Positions 7,429 to 16,408 of a DNA stretch of 27,935 nt are shown piece after piece. Under the pieces are notes generated by a model that was given only the letters and a program-made list of their open reading frames with translations, did not search any database and had not been told where the DNA came from. The DNA is from a virus: UHGV virus genome UHGV-0119398. The stretch is one strand, 5' to 3'. The number at the start of each line of letters is the position of its first letter. Position 1 is the stretch's first letter. Made by a program: the position numbers and the translations under genes.

Positions 7429-7570
7429 TGCGCGCCAGCGGTGGTGCGTAATATTAAAAATTATCGTCTGAGCGCGTCGTGATGGCGCTGTCGTGATTGT
7501 TGTCGGTTCGTTGGTGGTCTGGTGTGGACGTGCTCGCGTGGCGCGTCTGAGGCGTGATGGTGGCGGGGTA

Positions 7571-7595
7571 TGAAAAAGCCGCCATGCTGGCGGCT
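7571..7595 (-). terminator. Rho-independent terminator of the Q-P late operon
   Basis: On the minus strand, AGCCGCC-AGCAT-GGCGGCT followed by TTTTT, 10 nt downstream of the Q stop. Confidence 0.55.
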
Positions 7596-7604
7596 TGAGG
7601 GGGA

Positions 7605-8627
7605 TTATTCCGGGTTGTCGAGGGTGTACTCTTTGAACCTGATGACCTCCATGCCGAGCCAGTCGTTTACCTCCCTGAACCTGTCCTGCAGGGGTGACAG
7701 CTCGTTACGTACAAAGACCTTTGCCACTTTCTCAACGTCACCGAGTGAGCCGATATTCTCGGGCTTGCCGCCCATGAGCTGGAACGGAACGCGGTGCGCG
7801 TCCATCAGGTCGGCGGCACTGGCTTTCTTGATGTTGAAAAAGTCATCCTTTGTGGCGACCTCGCTCAGTGGCACGATTTTGATGCCGTCAGGTTTTCCGC
7901 CGGGAGCGTAGAAAAACAGGTTCTTAAAGTTGCCGAGCCCTTTTGAGTTGCGCATCGCCTCGCGCAGCGATTCGACGTCGGTCGCGCTCTGCGCCGGGTC
8001 GGTCACATACATGATGTAACCCGCGTGCGCGCCGTTCTGGTAATACTTGCGGCGGAACAGCGTCGCGGATTCATTCAGCCAGGCGGAATTAAGCGCGCTG
8101 AGATATTCGGGCAGGCCATAAATCTCCTGATTAATGTCGGGCTCCAGCAGGTGAAACACGGTGTCAGGTGCGAACTCATGCGGTAGAGTGAAGTTTTCCA
8201 CAAACCAGAAAATCGAATCGTCGACCCCGCGCCGGGTGTATTTGGCCGGTGAGGCCAGCAGCTTGATTAACTGCCCGGTGACGCTGTGGCGCTGCTCAAG
8301 AAAGGCGTTGCCGAATACCAGATAGTCGAGCGCAAAGCGGCTGAAATCCTGACGGGACAGCAACGGGTGCGGAATGTAGGTGCTCGCGAGCACGTTGCGC
8401 TTAACGTAAATCGGTGAGCTGTGATGTACAGCAGAGCGCAGGCTCTTTGCCAGCCCGGAGAAGCTGACCGGCGGCTCGTACCATTTGCCGTTACTGATGC
8501 ACTCGACGTAATCCAGAATGTCACGCTTATCGAGTACCGGCACCGGCTCGCCGAAGGTGAACGCCTCCATTTTTTGCGGGGCGCTGGCGGTCGTGGCGAC
8601 TGTTTTGCGTGGCTTGCGCTTGCTCAT
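7605..8627 (-). CDS. Q: Portal protein (gpQ)
   Basis: 340 aa; EAFTFGEPVPVLDKRDILDYVEC...WYEPPVSF...GLAKSLRSAVHHSSP block as in P2 Q; start overlaps the upstream gene's stop (ATGA). Confidence 0.92.
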   Translation of the reverse strand: MSKRKPRKTVATTASAPQKMEAFTFGEPVPVLDKRDILDYVECISNGKWYEPPVSFSGLAKSLRSAVHHSSPIYVKRNVLASTYIPHPLLSRQDFSRFALDYLVFGNAFLEQRHSVTGQLIKLLASPAKYTRRGVDDSIFWFVENFTLPHEFAPDTVFHLLEPDINQEIYGLPEYLSALNSAWLNESATLFRRKYYQNGAHAGYIMYVTDPAQSATDVESLREAMRNSKGLGNFKNLFFYAPGGKPDGIKIVPLSEVATKDDFFNIKKASAADLMDAHRVPFQLMGGKPENIGSLGDVEKVAKVFVRNELSPLQDRFREVNDWLGMEVIRFKEYTLDNPE

Positions 8628-9370
8628 GCTGCCACCTCGCCCGCTGCAACAGCGAAAGACCAGTCGCAGCCAAAAAGCAGACGATAATCATCGTCGCTGT
8701 ATTCGCGTTTAATTTCCTCAGGCGCAAAGAGATTGCACCCGTTCTGGCATGCTGCATCCAGAGTGACCGACTGACGCCAGACACCATCCGTGCAAAATAC
8801 GCTGTCGCCGGTATTGATTAGCGGTGACGGTCGGTGATTGCGGAACGTGCCATTCCATACCCGGAAAGCGTCATGATTATCAGAGGGAGAGGTGAACATC
8901 TTCAGGCTGTGGCGCTTATGACAGGTGATACCCGCCGCGACTTTTGCCGCATTTCGCGGGTTACTGAACCACCCGAACTCATCAAGGTAGACGTTACCCG
9001 CCAGTGCGGCGCAATGGGATTCCTCGCCGACAAAGCTGATAACCGCCCCGTCGTCGAGCTGCAGGCTGTGGCCGTTGCTCGTCAGGCGGACACCGACGCG
9101 CGCTGAAAGGTTATTCATGTACATCAGCGCCACGCGCGCATGCTCAACGGTGTGAGCAAACCAGACCTGATTATCGCCCGTTGTCAGCGCATCGAGCAGC
9201 GCCTCGCGACTAAAGAGCTGCGTTGCGCCAATCTGGCGCGATTTGGTGATGCTGCGGTCGATATTGAGTTTCCCGACACGCAACCATGTTGCCTGATAGT
9301 CAAAGCTGTCATTGTGCAGAATATCGGCCATTGCCTGAATCTGGCTTTGTGAGAAAACGTTATTTTTCAT
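8624..9370 (-). CDS. Terminase large-subunit ATPase-domain paralogue (ATPase-only, no HTH or nuclease region)
   Basis: 248 aa; homologous to the ATPase core of the adjacent gpP (shared KSRQIGAT, Walker-B-like VYLDEFGW, GVWRQSVTLDAA, LFAPEEIKREYSDDDYRLLFGCDW); translationally coupled to P upstream and Q downstream. Confidence 0.8.
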   Translation of the reverse strand: MKNNVFSQSQIQAMADILHNDSFDYQATWLRVGKLNIDRSITKSRQIGATQLFSREALLDALTTGDNQVWFAHTVEHARVALMYMNNLSARVGVRLTSNGHSLQLDDGAVISFVGEESHCAALAGNVYLDEFGWFSNPRNAAKVAAGITCHKRHSLKMFTSPSDNHDAFRVWNGTFRNHRPSPLINTGDSVFCTDGVWRQSVTLDAACQNGCNLFAPEEIKREYSDDDYRLLFGCDWSFAVAAGEVAA

Positions 9371-11139
9371 TAATTAAACTCCAGAATAGATTTAGGCTGC
9401 ATGCCGCTACCGGCGGAAAGCGGTTCGTTTAACAGGGCGTGCATGGTCGCCCATGCGATATCGGCGTGACTGGCTTCCTCGGTGCGGCTGGCCTCGTAGG
9501 TGGCGCTGCGCCCACTGCTGGTCATGGTTTTGCGGATGGACATAAACGACTGCGTGACGTCTGTTGCCCCGGCGTCGTACTCCAGACAGCCCCGTCGAAT
9601 GGTGTCTTTTGCCTTGAGCACCATCGCGGTTTTCATTTCGGGCGTGTAACGGATGCCGCGTGCCGCCGGGTAGAATGAGCGCACCAACTGGAATACGCCG
9701 AGGCCGAGGCCGGTTGCGTCAATGCCGATGTATTCGACGTTGTATTTCTCGGTCAGTTTGCGAATGCCCTCGGCCTGAGCGGCAAAGTCCATGCCTTTCC
9801 ACTGGTGGCGCTCCAGCATACGGAACTTGCCACCCGAGACCACCGGCGGCGCGAGCACGACGCACCCGGCACTGTCGCCGGTGTGTGACGGGTCGTAGCC
9901 AATCCAGACAGGCCGCGAGCCGAACGGATGGTCGGCGAAAGGGGCAAAATCCTCCCATTCTTCCATCACGTCGACCATGCAGCGCTGTAGCTCCTCGAAC
10001 GGGAATACCGACGCTTTATCGTCGACAAACTCGCACATAAACAGGTTCTTAAAGTCCTCATCACTGTTTTCGCGTTTGAGCTGGTCGAGGTCGAACAGGG
10101 TGCAGCCACCGGTAAGGGCGTCCTCAATAGTGACAATCTGCCGCCACTGGCCATCGTCGCAGAGCTGACCACCGGCGAGCGCGCTGTGGCTGATGTCGAT
10201 TTCGATGCGGTCGGCAATACGGCTGCGCCCCTTGTTGAACAGCTCGCCAGACCAGAAGGGGTAAGCGCCGTGCGCCAGTGTTGATGGTGTCGAAAAGTAG
10301 GTCGAGCGCAGGTGCTTTTGCGAGGCCATGCCCGACGCGACTTTGCGCAGCTTCTGAAAATTCGGGATCCAGAATATTTCATCGACATACAGGTCGCCGT
10401 TATGGCTCTGCGCGGTGTTGGAATTGGTACCGAGAAAAATCAGCTTTGCGCCGTTGTTGCCGATGACAATCGGGTCACCGGTCAGGTCGACGTCGACCAG
10501 TCGCGCAAACTGGATGATGTATTCACGGAACACGTAAGCCTGCGTTTTACTGGCCGACAGAAATATCTGGTTGTGGCCGGTCTTGAGCGCGCGCAGCAGC
10601 GCCTCGCGGGAGAAATAGAACGTCGCGCCAATCTGACGGGATTTGAGAATGTCGCGAATACGGTGCGCCAGTCCTGCGCGGTACCACTGCAACTGGTACT
10701 CGAAAGACTGTTCGAAAAATAGTTCCTCCAGTTTTTCGATAGCCTCGTCGCTGAAAAAGTTCTTTTTCGGCTTCTTACGCTCGCCCTTGTTGCGGTTGGC
10801 GACATTGGGGTTAAGGTCGACCTCGTTACCGGTCTGACTGTAGCGGTTAACGCGCGCCAGTCGCTCAATCTGCCGCCCGAGCAGGTCAATCTCTTTGAAG
10901 TCGCCCCCTGACTTTTGCGGCTTGGCGATGAGCTGAATCAGGCGCGCCTCAAGGCTGCTTTCAACGCGGGAAATGGGTGCGATGCCGTCCCAGCCGTCGC
11001 GCTGCTTCCAGCTCTGCACGGTCGGGCGCTTGACCTGCAGCATGTCGGCAATCTGTGGCACGGAAAAGCCCTGCCAGTAAAGCAGCGATGCCTGCCGTCG
11101 CGGGTCATGCAACAAGGTTGTATCGGTGGAAATGGTCAT
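9370..11139 (-). CDS. P: Terminase large subunit (gpP)
   Basis: 589 aa; N-terminal HTH (LLYWQGFSVPQIADMLQVKRPTVQSWKQR), ATPase motifs KSRQIGAT and LYVDEIFW, C-terminal nuclease half; length matches P2 gpP. Confidence 0.92.
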   Translation of the reverse strand: MTISTDTTLLHDPRRQASLLYWQGFSVPQIADMLQVKRPTVQSWKQRDGWDGIAPISRVESSLEARLIQLIAKPQKSGGDFKEIDLLGRQIERLARVNRYSQTGNEVDLNPNVANRNKGERKKPKKNFFSDEAIEKLEELFFEQSFEYQLQWYRAGLAHRIRDILKSRQIGATFYFSREALLRALKTGHNQIFLSASKTQAYVFREYIIQFARLVDVDLTGDPIVIGNNGAKLIFLGTNSNTAQSHNGDLYVDEIFWIPNFQKLRKVASGMASQKHLRSTYFSTPSTLAHGAYPFWSGELFNKGRSRIADRIEIDISHSALAGGQLCDDGQWRQIVTIEDALTGGCTLFDLDQLKRENSDEDFKNLFMCEFVDDKASVFPFEELQRCMVDVMEEWEDFAPFADHPFGSRPVWIGYDPSHTGDSAGCVVLAPPVVSGGKFRMLERHQWKGMDFAAQAEGIRKLTEKYNVEYIGIDATGLGLGVFQLVRSFYPAARGIRYTPEMKTAMVLKAKDTIRRGCLEYDAGATDVTQSFMSIRKTMTSSGRSATYEASRTEEASHADIAWATMHALLNEPLSAGSGMQPKSILEFN

Positions 11140-11304
11140 TGATGCCTCGCCGTAGTGGATTCAGGGCAAGGCTACTTAATGGCCGTCAGTGATTCGCTAA
11201 GGTGCTGTTGTGTGGGCGGTTGTCCAGTCGTCATTGGTGGTCTGGTGTGTCCTGAGTCTGGAAACTGGCGGTGACCAGTAACCCCAACCTCAGGACTCCT
11301 GACA

Positions 11305-12159
11305 ATGGCAAAAAAAGTCTCAAAGTTCTTTCGCATCGGCGTCGAGGGTGATACCTGCGACGGGCGCATTATCAGCGCCAGCGATATTCAGGAAATGGCC
11401 GAAACCTACGACCCGCGCGTCTACGGTTGCCGTATCAACCTTGAACACCTGCGCGGCCTGCTGCCTGATGGCGTATTCAAGCGTTATGGCGATGTGGTCG
11501 AGCTGAAAGCCGAGAAGATTGACGACGATTCTGCGCTTAACGGCAAATGGGCGTTGTTCGCTAAAATCACCCCGACCGATGACCTTATCGCGATGAATAA
11601 AGCCGCGCAGAAGGTCTACACCTCAATGGAAATTCAGCCGAATTTTGCCAATACCGGCAAATGCTACCTCGTTGGCCTTGCGGTCACCGATGACCCGGCG
11701 AGCCTCGGCACTGAATACCTCGAATTCTGCCGCAACGCGAAGCACAACCCTTTGCAACGCTTTAAGGTCAACCCTGAAAACGTCTTTTCCGCCGCCACGC
11801 TGGCCGAGCTGGAATTTGAAGACGTTCCCGACACGGTGCTCAACAGCCTGGCCGATAAGGTGAAAGCCATTTTCAGTCGTAAGCAGGTCAGCGACGATGC
11901 GCGCCTGAATGATGTGCATGAGGCGGTGACCACCGTCAGCGAGCATGTGCAGACCAACCTGACCAAACAGGAGGAGCGCATTTCCGGTATGGAAGCCGCG
12001 TTTGCCTCTTTCAAACAGGAAGTGACCGGCAAAGTTGAAGAAACCAGCCAGGCATTTTCTGCCCTGAAAACCACCCTCGACAAAACAGAAAGTTTCAGCC
12101 AGCCGCGACGCACGAAAGCCAGTGGCGGTGGCAGCGATGAGCTGCTGACCGACTGCTGA
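11305..12159 (+). CDS. O: Capsid scaffolding protein (gpO)
   Basis: 284 aa; MAKKVSKFFRIGVEGDTCDGRIISASDIQEMAETYDPRVYGCRINLEHLRG is near-identical to P2 gpO as I recall it. Confidence 0.92.
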   Translation: MAKKVSKFFRIGVEGDTCDGRIISASDIQEMAETYDPRVYGCRINLEHLRGLLPDGVFKRYGDVVELKAEKIDDDSALNGKWALFAKITPTDDLIAMNKAAQKVYTSMEIQPNFANTGKCYLVGLAVTDDPASLGTEYLEFCRNAKHNPLQRFKVNPENVFSAATLAELEFEDVPDTVLNSLADKVKAIFSRKQVSDDARLNDVHEAVTTVSEHVQTNLTKQEERISGMEAAFASFKQEVTGKVEETSQAFSALKTTLDKTESFSQPRRTKASGGGSDELLTDC

Positions 12160-12234
12160 TAAACCGCAGACCGAAACCGGGCGGAACCCCCGCCCGATGC
12201 TGTGACTAACCGATTAATTCAAACAGGAAATACT

Positions 12235-13302
12235 ATGCGTCAGGAAACCCGTTTTAAGTTCAATGCCTATCTGACCCAGCTCGCCAAACTGAACGGCATC
12301 AGCGTTGATGATGTCAGCAAAAAATTCACCGTCGAGCCGTCCGTCACGCAAACGCTGATGAACACCGTGCAGGCGTCATCCGCGTTTCTGCAGACGATTA
12401 ACATTCTGCCGGTCGCAGAAATGAAGGGCGAGAAAATCGGTGTCGGTGTGACCGGCACCATCGCCAGCACGACCGACACCTCGGGCGACAAAGAGCGCCA
12501 GACCGCAGATTTCACCGCACTTGAGTCCAACAAGTACGAGTGCAATCAGATTAACTTTGACTTCCACCTGACCTATAAACGCCTCGACCTGTGGGCGCGT
12601 TTTCAGGACTTCCAGCGCCGCATCCGCGACGCCATTGTCCAGCGTCAGGCACTGGATTTCATCATGGCCGGGTTCAACGGTACCACCCGCGCTGATACCT
12701 CAGACCGCAGCAAAAACCCGATGCTGCAGGATGTGGCCGTCGGCTGGCTGCAGAAGTACCGCGACGAAGCCCCGGCGCGCGTGATGAGCAACATCACCGA
12801 CGCTGACGGGAAGGTCGTTTCGGCGGTGATTCGTGTCGGTAAGAACGGCGACTATGAGAACCTCGACGCGCTGGTGATGGACGGTACCAACACCCTGATT
12901 GACGAAATTTATCAGGATGACCCGAAACTCGTTGCTATCGTTGGCCGTAAGCTGCTGGCCGACAAATATTTCCCGCTGGTCAACAAACAGCAGGAAAACA
13001 CCGAGTCGCTCGCGGCGGATATCATCATCAGCCAGAAGCGCATCGGCAACCTGCCAGCCGTGCGCGTGCCGTACTTCCCGGCGAATGCGGTGTTCGTCAC
13101 CACGCTGGAAAACCTCTCTATCTACTTCATGGATGAGAGCCACCGCCGCAGCATTGATGAGAACCCGAAAAAAGACCGCGTGGAAAACTACGAGTCGATG
13201 AACATCGACTATGTGGTCGAGGCATATGCCGCCGGGTGCCTGCTGGAAAACATCACCCTTGGCGATTTCACCGCACCTGCAGCACCGGAAAGCGGAGAGT
13301 AA
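12235..13302 (+). CDS. N: Major capsid protein (gpN)
   Basis: Start set at ATG 12235 (MRQETRFKFNAYL..., AGGAAA SD) to match P2 gpN; 355 aa; the ORF-track start at 12202 is likely upstream read-through. Confidence 0.92.
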   Translation: MRQETRFKFNAYLTQLAKLNGISVDDVSKKFTVEPSVTQTLMNTVQASSAFLQTINILPVAEMKGEKIGVGVTGTIASTTDTSGDKERQTADFTALESNKYECNQINFDFHLTYKRLDLWARFQDFQRRIRDAIVQRQALDFIMAGFNGTTRADTSDRSKNPMLQDVAVGWLQKYRDEAPARVMSNITDADGKVVSAVIRVGKNGDYENLDALVMDGTNTLIDEIYQDDPKLVAIVGRKLLADKYFPLVNKQQENTESLAADIIISQKRIGNLPAVRVPYFPANAVFVTTLENLSIYFMDESHRRSIDENPKKDRVENYESMNIDYVVEAYAAGCLLENITLGDFTAPAAPESGE

Positions 13303-13306
13303 GACC

Positions 13307-14056
13307 ATGACGAGCCCCGCACAGCGTCACATGATGCGGGTCTCGGCCTCTCAAGCCGCGCAGCGGGAACAAGCCCCGCTGCGCCACGCAACCGCCTACG
13401 AGCAGATGCTGGTAAAGCTGGCCGATGACCGCCGCACGTTAAAAACCATCCGTTCAAACGAACTGAAAGCCGCGAAAAAGCGCGAGCTGCTGCCGTTCTA
13501 CGCGCCGTGGGTCGCCGGTGTGCTGGCTGATGGCCGTGGCGCACAGGATGACATTCTGATGACCGTCATGCTCTGGCGACTTGATGCCGGTGACGTTGCT
13601 GGCGCGCTGGAGATTGCGCCCTACGCGCTGAAATACGGCCTCACCTCTGACCATCGCCGCACCACGCCTTACATGCTGGTTGAGGAGGTGGCGCTTGCCG
13701 CGCTGCGCCTGCGCGATGCCGGTGAGCCTGTCGACCTCGCATTACTGCTAACCGCCCTCAGCCTGACCGACGGCGCTGACGTTCCCGATATGGTGCGCGC
13801 CCGTCTGCATAAGGTGACCGGTCTGACCCTGCGCGACGCCGGTCAGAACGCCGAAGCGCTGGCGCAGTTTCAGCGCGCGATGCAGCTCGACCGCAATGCC
13901 GGTGTGCGCAAAGAGATTGAACGACTGGAGCGCGCATTGAAGCCAAAGCCAGAGGCAGTACCCCGTAAAACGACTAAACCGCGCACGCGCAAACCTGCCA
14001 CCAAACCGGCGGCAAAGCGCGGGCGTCCACCAAAGGCGGTAAAAACCGCCGGTTAA
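13307..14056 (+). CDS. M: Terminase small subunit (gpM)
   Basis: Start set at ATG 13307 (MTSPAQRHMMRVSA...), 249 aa, matching P2 gpM; the ORF-track start at 13211 overlaps N. Confidence 0.9.
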   Translation: MTSPAQRHMMRVSASQAAQREQAPLRHATAYEQMLVKLADDRRTLKTIRSNELKAAKKRELLPFYAPWVAGVLADGRGAQDDILMTVMLWRLDAGDVAGALEIAPYALKYGLTSDHRRTTPYMLVEEVALAALRLRDAGEPVDLALLLTALSLTDGADVPDMVRARLHKVTGLTLRDAGQNAEALAQFQRAMQLDRNAGVRKEIERLERALKPKPEAVPRKTTKPRTRKPATKPAAKRGRPPKAVKTAG

Positions 14057-14149
14057 CTGAACGCTCCCCGAGCCGGGCGGCACGCCGGTCAAAGCGGGTT
14101 TTGACCCTGACGGCGACCGGCGTCCACCGCCCAACCTAATGAGGTTGTC

Positions 14150-14659
14150 ATGACGACAGTAATACTGAATCAGCCCGACGAACCGCAGGACGTACCGGGC
14201 GTGGTGATTCCCGCACCGGAGACGGGCGACGCAGTGATTAAAAACACGTTCTTTTTCCCTGATGTGGATCCGAAGCGGGTGCGCGAGCTGATGCGCCTTG
14301 AGCAGACGGTTTCCGATGCGCGTCTGCGTAACGCCATCAAGACCGGCATGGCGGAAACCAATGCGGAGCTTTACGACTACCGGCTGCGCCAGATTGCCGC
14401 CGGGTTTAAGGCACTGGCCGACGTGCCTGACGCTGAGGAAATCGACGGCGAGAATGTGCGCGTTTTCCACTACCTAAGCGCCGTGACGGCGATGGCGACC
14501 GCCACCCTGTATGAGCGTTATCGCGGCGTTGAGGCCACCGGCAAGGGTGACAAAAAAGCCGACAGCGTCGAAACCACCATTGATGACCTGTGGCGGGATA
14601 TGCGCTGGTCGGTCTCGCGCCTGCAGGATAAGCCGCGCTGCATCGTGGGTCAGCTCTGA
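14150..14659 (+). CDS. L: Head completion/stabilisation protein (gpL)
   Basis: 169 aa; MTT..LNQPDEPQDVPGVVIPAPETGDAVIKNTFFFPDVDPKRVRE... as in P2 gpL. Confidence 0.9.
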   Translation: MTTVILNQPDEPQDVPGVVIPAPETGDAVIKNTFFFPDVDPKRVRELMRLEQTVSDARLRNAIKTGMAETNAELYDYRLRQIAAGFKALADVPDAEEIDGENVRVFHYLSAVTAMATATLYERYRGVEATGKGDKKADSVETTIDDLWRDMRWSVSRLQDKPRCIVGQL

Positions 14660-14862
14660 TGAAAGTTTACGCGATGCAGGGCGACACCCTCGACGCGCTT
14701 TGCGCCCGGTATTACGGGCGCACTGAAGGCGTGGTCGAGACGGTGCTGCAGGCTAATCCCGGTCTGTCTGAGCTGGGCGTCATTCTGCCGCATGGCACGG
14801 CGATTGACCTGCCCGACGTAGAAACATCACCCACGGCGGAGACCCTGAACCTATGGGACTGA
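14659..14862 (+). CDS. X: Tail protein X (LysM-like)
   Basis: 67 aa, same length as P2 gpX; MKVYAMQGDTLDALCARYYGRTEG...; ATGA overlap with L. Confidence 0.85.
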   Translation: MKVYAMQGDTLDALCARYYGRTEGVVETVLQANPGLSELGVILPHGTAIDLPDVETSPTAETLNLWD

Positions 14863-14864
14863 GT

Positions 14865-15074
14865 ATGGAAAAAATCACCACGTTTATCGCCTACTGGCTG
14901 GCCGTGGGTCTGGCGTATTTCGGGGCAATGTCGCCCGAAAAGCTGGCGCTGTATGTGGGTAGTCTGTGCGCCATTTTTACGGCGGCGGTGAATTTCTGGT
15001 ACCGGCGCAAAACCTTTCGTTACCTGACCGAAATGGGAATCGACAAAGGGGTGACCCGTGAGCTCAATCGTTAA
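14865..15074 (+). CDS. Holin candidate (two predicted transmembrane helices)
   Basis: 69 aa from ATG 14865 (GGGA SD 6 nt upstream); two hydrophobic segments with a charged C-terminus; first gene of the lysis cassette after X. Confidence 0.6.
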   Translation: MEKITTFIAYWLAVGLAYFGAMSPEKLALYVGSLCAIFTAAVNFWYRRKTFRYLTEMGIDKGVTRELNR

Positions 15075-15570
15075 ACGTTGCAGCGTGGCCGCAGTGCTGG
15101 CGCTGGCGGCACTGATGCCTGATTTTCGTCTGCTGAATACCTCGCCTGATGGTCTGGCGCTGATTGCCGACCTCGAAGGGTGTCGCCTGAAACCTTACCA
15201 GTGCAGCGCGGGCGTGTGGACGTCAGGCATCGGCCACACTGCCGGGGTGGTACCGAAACGCGATATCACCGAGCGCGAAGCGGCGGCAAATCTGGTCGCC
15301 GACGTGCTGAATACCGAGCGCCGTCTCGCGGTCTGCGTACCGGTCACCATGCCGCAGCCGGTTTACGACGCGCTGGTCAGTTTCTCTTTTAACGTCGGCA
15401 CCGGCGCGGCCTGTCGCTCGACGCTGGTCTCTTACATCAAGCGTCATCAGTGGTGGCAGGCATGCGACCAGCTTACCCGCTGGGTGTACGTCAATGGCAC
15501 TAAAAACAAAGGGCTGGAAAACCGCCGCGCGCGGGAACTGGCGTATTGCATGAAAGGAGTAACCCAATGA
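15058..15570 (+). CDS. K: Endolysin, T4-lysozyme-like (GH24) with N-terminal signal-anchor-release (SAR) segment
   Basis: 170 aa from GTG 15058; Ala/Gly-rich weakly hydrophobic N-terminus (CSVAAVLALAALM); lysozyme core LEGCRLKPYQCSAGVWTSGIGHT matches the EG.RLK.Y....G..T.G.GH signature. Confidence 0.8.
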   Translation: MSSIVKRCSVAAVLALAALMPDFRLLNTSPDGLALIADLEGCRLKPYQCSAGVWTSGIGHTAGVVPKRDITEREAAANLVADVLNTERRLAVCVPVTMPQPVYDALVSFSFNVGTGAACRSTLVSYIKRHQWWQACDQLTRWVYVNGTKNKGLENRRARELAYCMKGVTQ

Positions 15571-15998
15571 AAAAATATTTACGTTCCCTGATGTTCGATG
15601 CCCTGCTGGCACTGTTGCTGCTTTGGGGGCTGGTATCGCCGCAAAGCGCTGCCGTTAATTTTGTGGCCGCATGGGCGTTGTTTGGCAGTTTTGTCTGCAT
15701 TACGGCGAGCCTAGCCGGTGTGGTCGCCTATGAGCACTGGCTGCGAAATACCGGCAAAAGTATTCCTGTCAATCCAGACCTGATGAAGGTCTTTCGCGTC
15801 GTCTTTTGTCGCAAACCTTCGCAGGCGCGCCACGCATGGTCTCTCATTATTTTCTCTGTTACCACGGGCTGTCTGCTTGGGGCTGGCTGGATCCTTACGG
15901 CTCTGATTTACCTGATTTGTATGCTGACCTTTAAGGCCGTTCGCGAGACCTACCGCCAGCGCATTGAGGGGGCTGGTCTGTGTCCAGAGTCATTGTGA
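15567..15998 (+). CDS. lysA: LysA-like multi-pass membrane protein (lysis timing)
   Basis: 143 aa from ATG 15567 (AAAGGAG SD); several hydrophobic helices; position after the endolysin as in P2. Confidence 0.65.
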   Translation: MKKYLRSLMFDALLALLLLWGLVSPQSAAVNFVAAWALFGSFVCITASLAGVVAYEHWLRNTGKSIPVNPDLMKVFRVVFCRKPSQARHAWSLIIFSVTTGCLLGAGWILTALIYLICMLTFKAVRETYRQRIEGAGLCPESL

Positions 15999-16408
15999 TG
16001 TTTCTGGCCTCTGCGCTGGTGCTGGCTGTGCTCGGGCTGCTGTGGTTGCACCATGAGAACGGCAATTTATCCCGCTCCTTTGAGACAGCAAACCGCGTCG
16101 CGAGCGAACAAAAGACGACGATTGGCATGCTGAAAAATCAGCTCAGTGTTGCCGGTCAGCTTGCCAAACGTAATGAATCTGCGCAGGTGGCACTGCGTGA
16201 ACAGCTCGCAAAGGCTAGCGAGGAAGCCAGCCGCCGTGAACAGACGATAACGAGGTTACTTAATGAAAATGAAGCCTTTCGCCGCTGGTATAACGCTGCT
16301 CTGCCTGACGTTGTGCGTCGGCTGCACACCCGCGCCGCCTGCGCCAGCGCCGGTGATTGTGGTCAGCGGATGCCCGAGGGTGAGCCTTTGCCCGATGCCG
16401 GGAAGTGA
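15980..16408 (+). CDS. lysB: LysB, Rz-like inner-membrane spanin
   Basis: 142 aa; N-terminal transmembrane helix then a charged coiled-coil-like region; apparent GTG start (ATG at 15998 is an alternative). Confidence 0.7.
   Translation: MSRVIVMFLASALVLAVLGLLWLHHENGNLSRSFETANRVASEQKTTIGMLKNQLSVAGQLAKRNESAQVALREQLAKASEEASRREQTITRLLNENEAFRRWYNAALPDVVRRLHTRAACASAGDCGQRMPEGEPLPDAGK

Noticed and set aside
7140-7471. Plus-strand ORFs of 82 aa and 60 aa in the cos region
   Set aside because: They lie over the terminator and cos, are Cys/Arg-rich with no ribosome-binding site, and the region is better explained as non-coding packaging/terminator sequence.
6594-7605. Expected anti-phage defence cargo at the classical P2 hotspot between gene A and the portal (tin/old position)
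   Set aside because: This interval holds only the LexA-regulated Tum/DinI-like module, terminators and cos; no nuclease, ATPase or other defence-like ORF is present.
12202-14056. Longer ORF-track starts for N (12202) and M (13211)
   Set aside because: Internal ATGs at 12235 and 13307 reproduce the P2 gpN and gpM N-termini and have ribosome-binding sites; the upstream extensions are open-frame read-through, and for M would overlap N.
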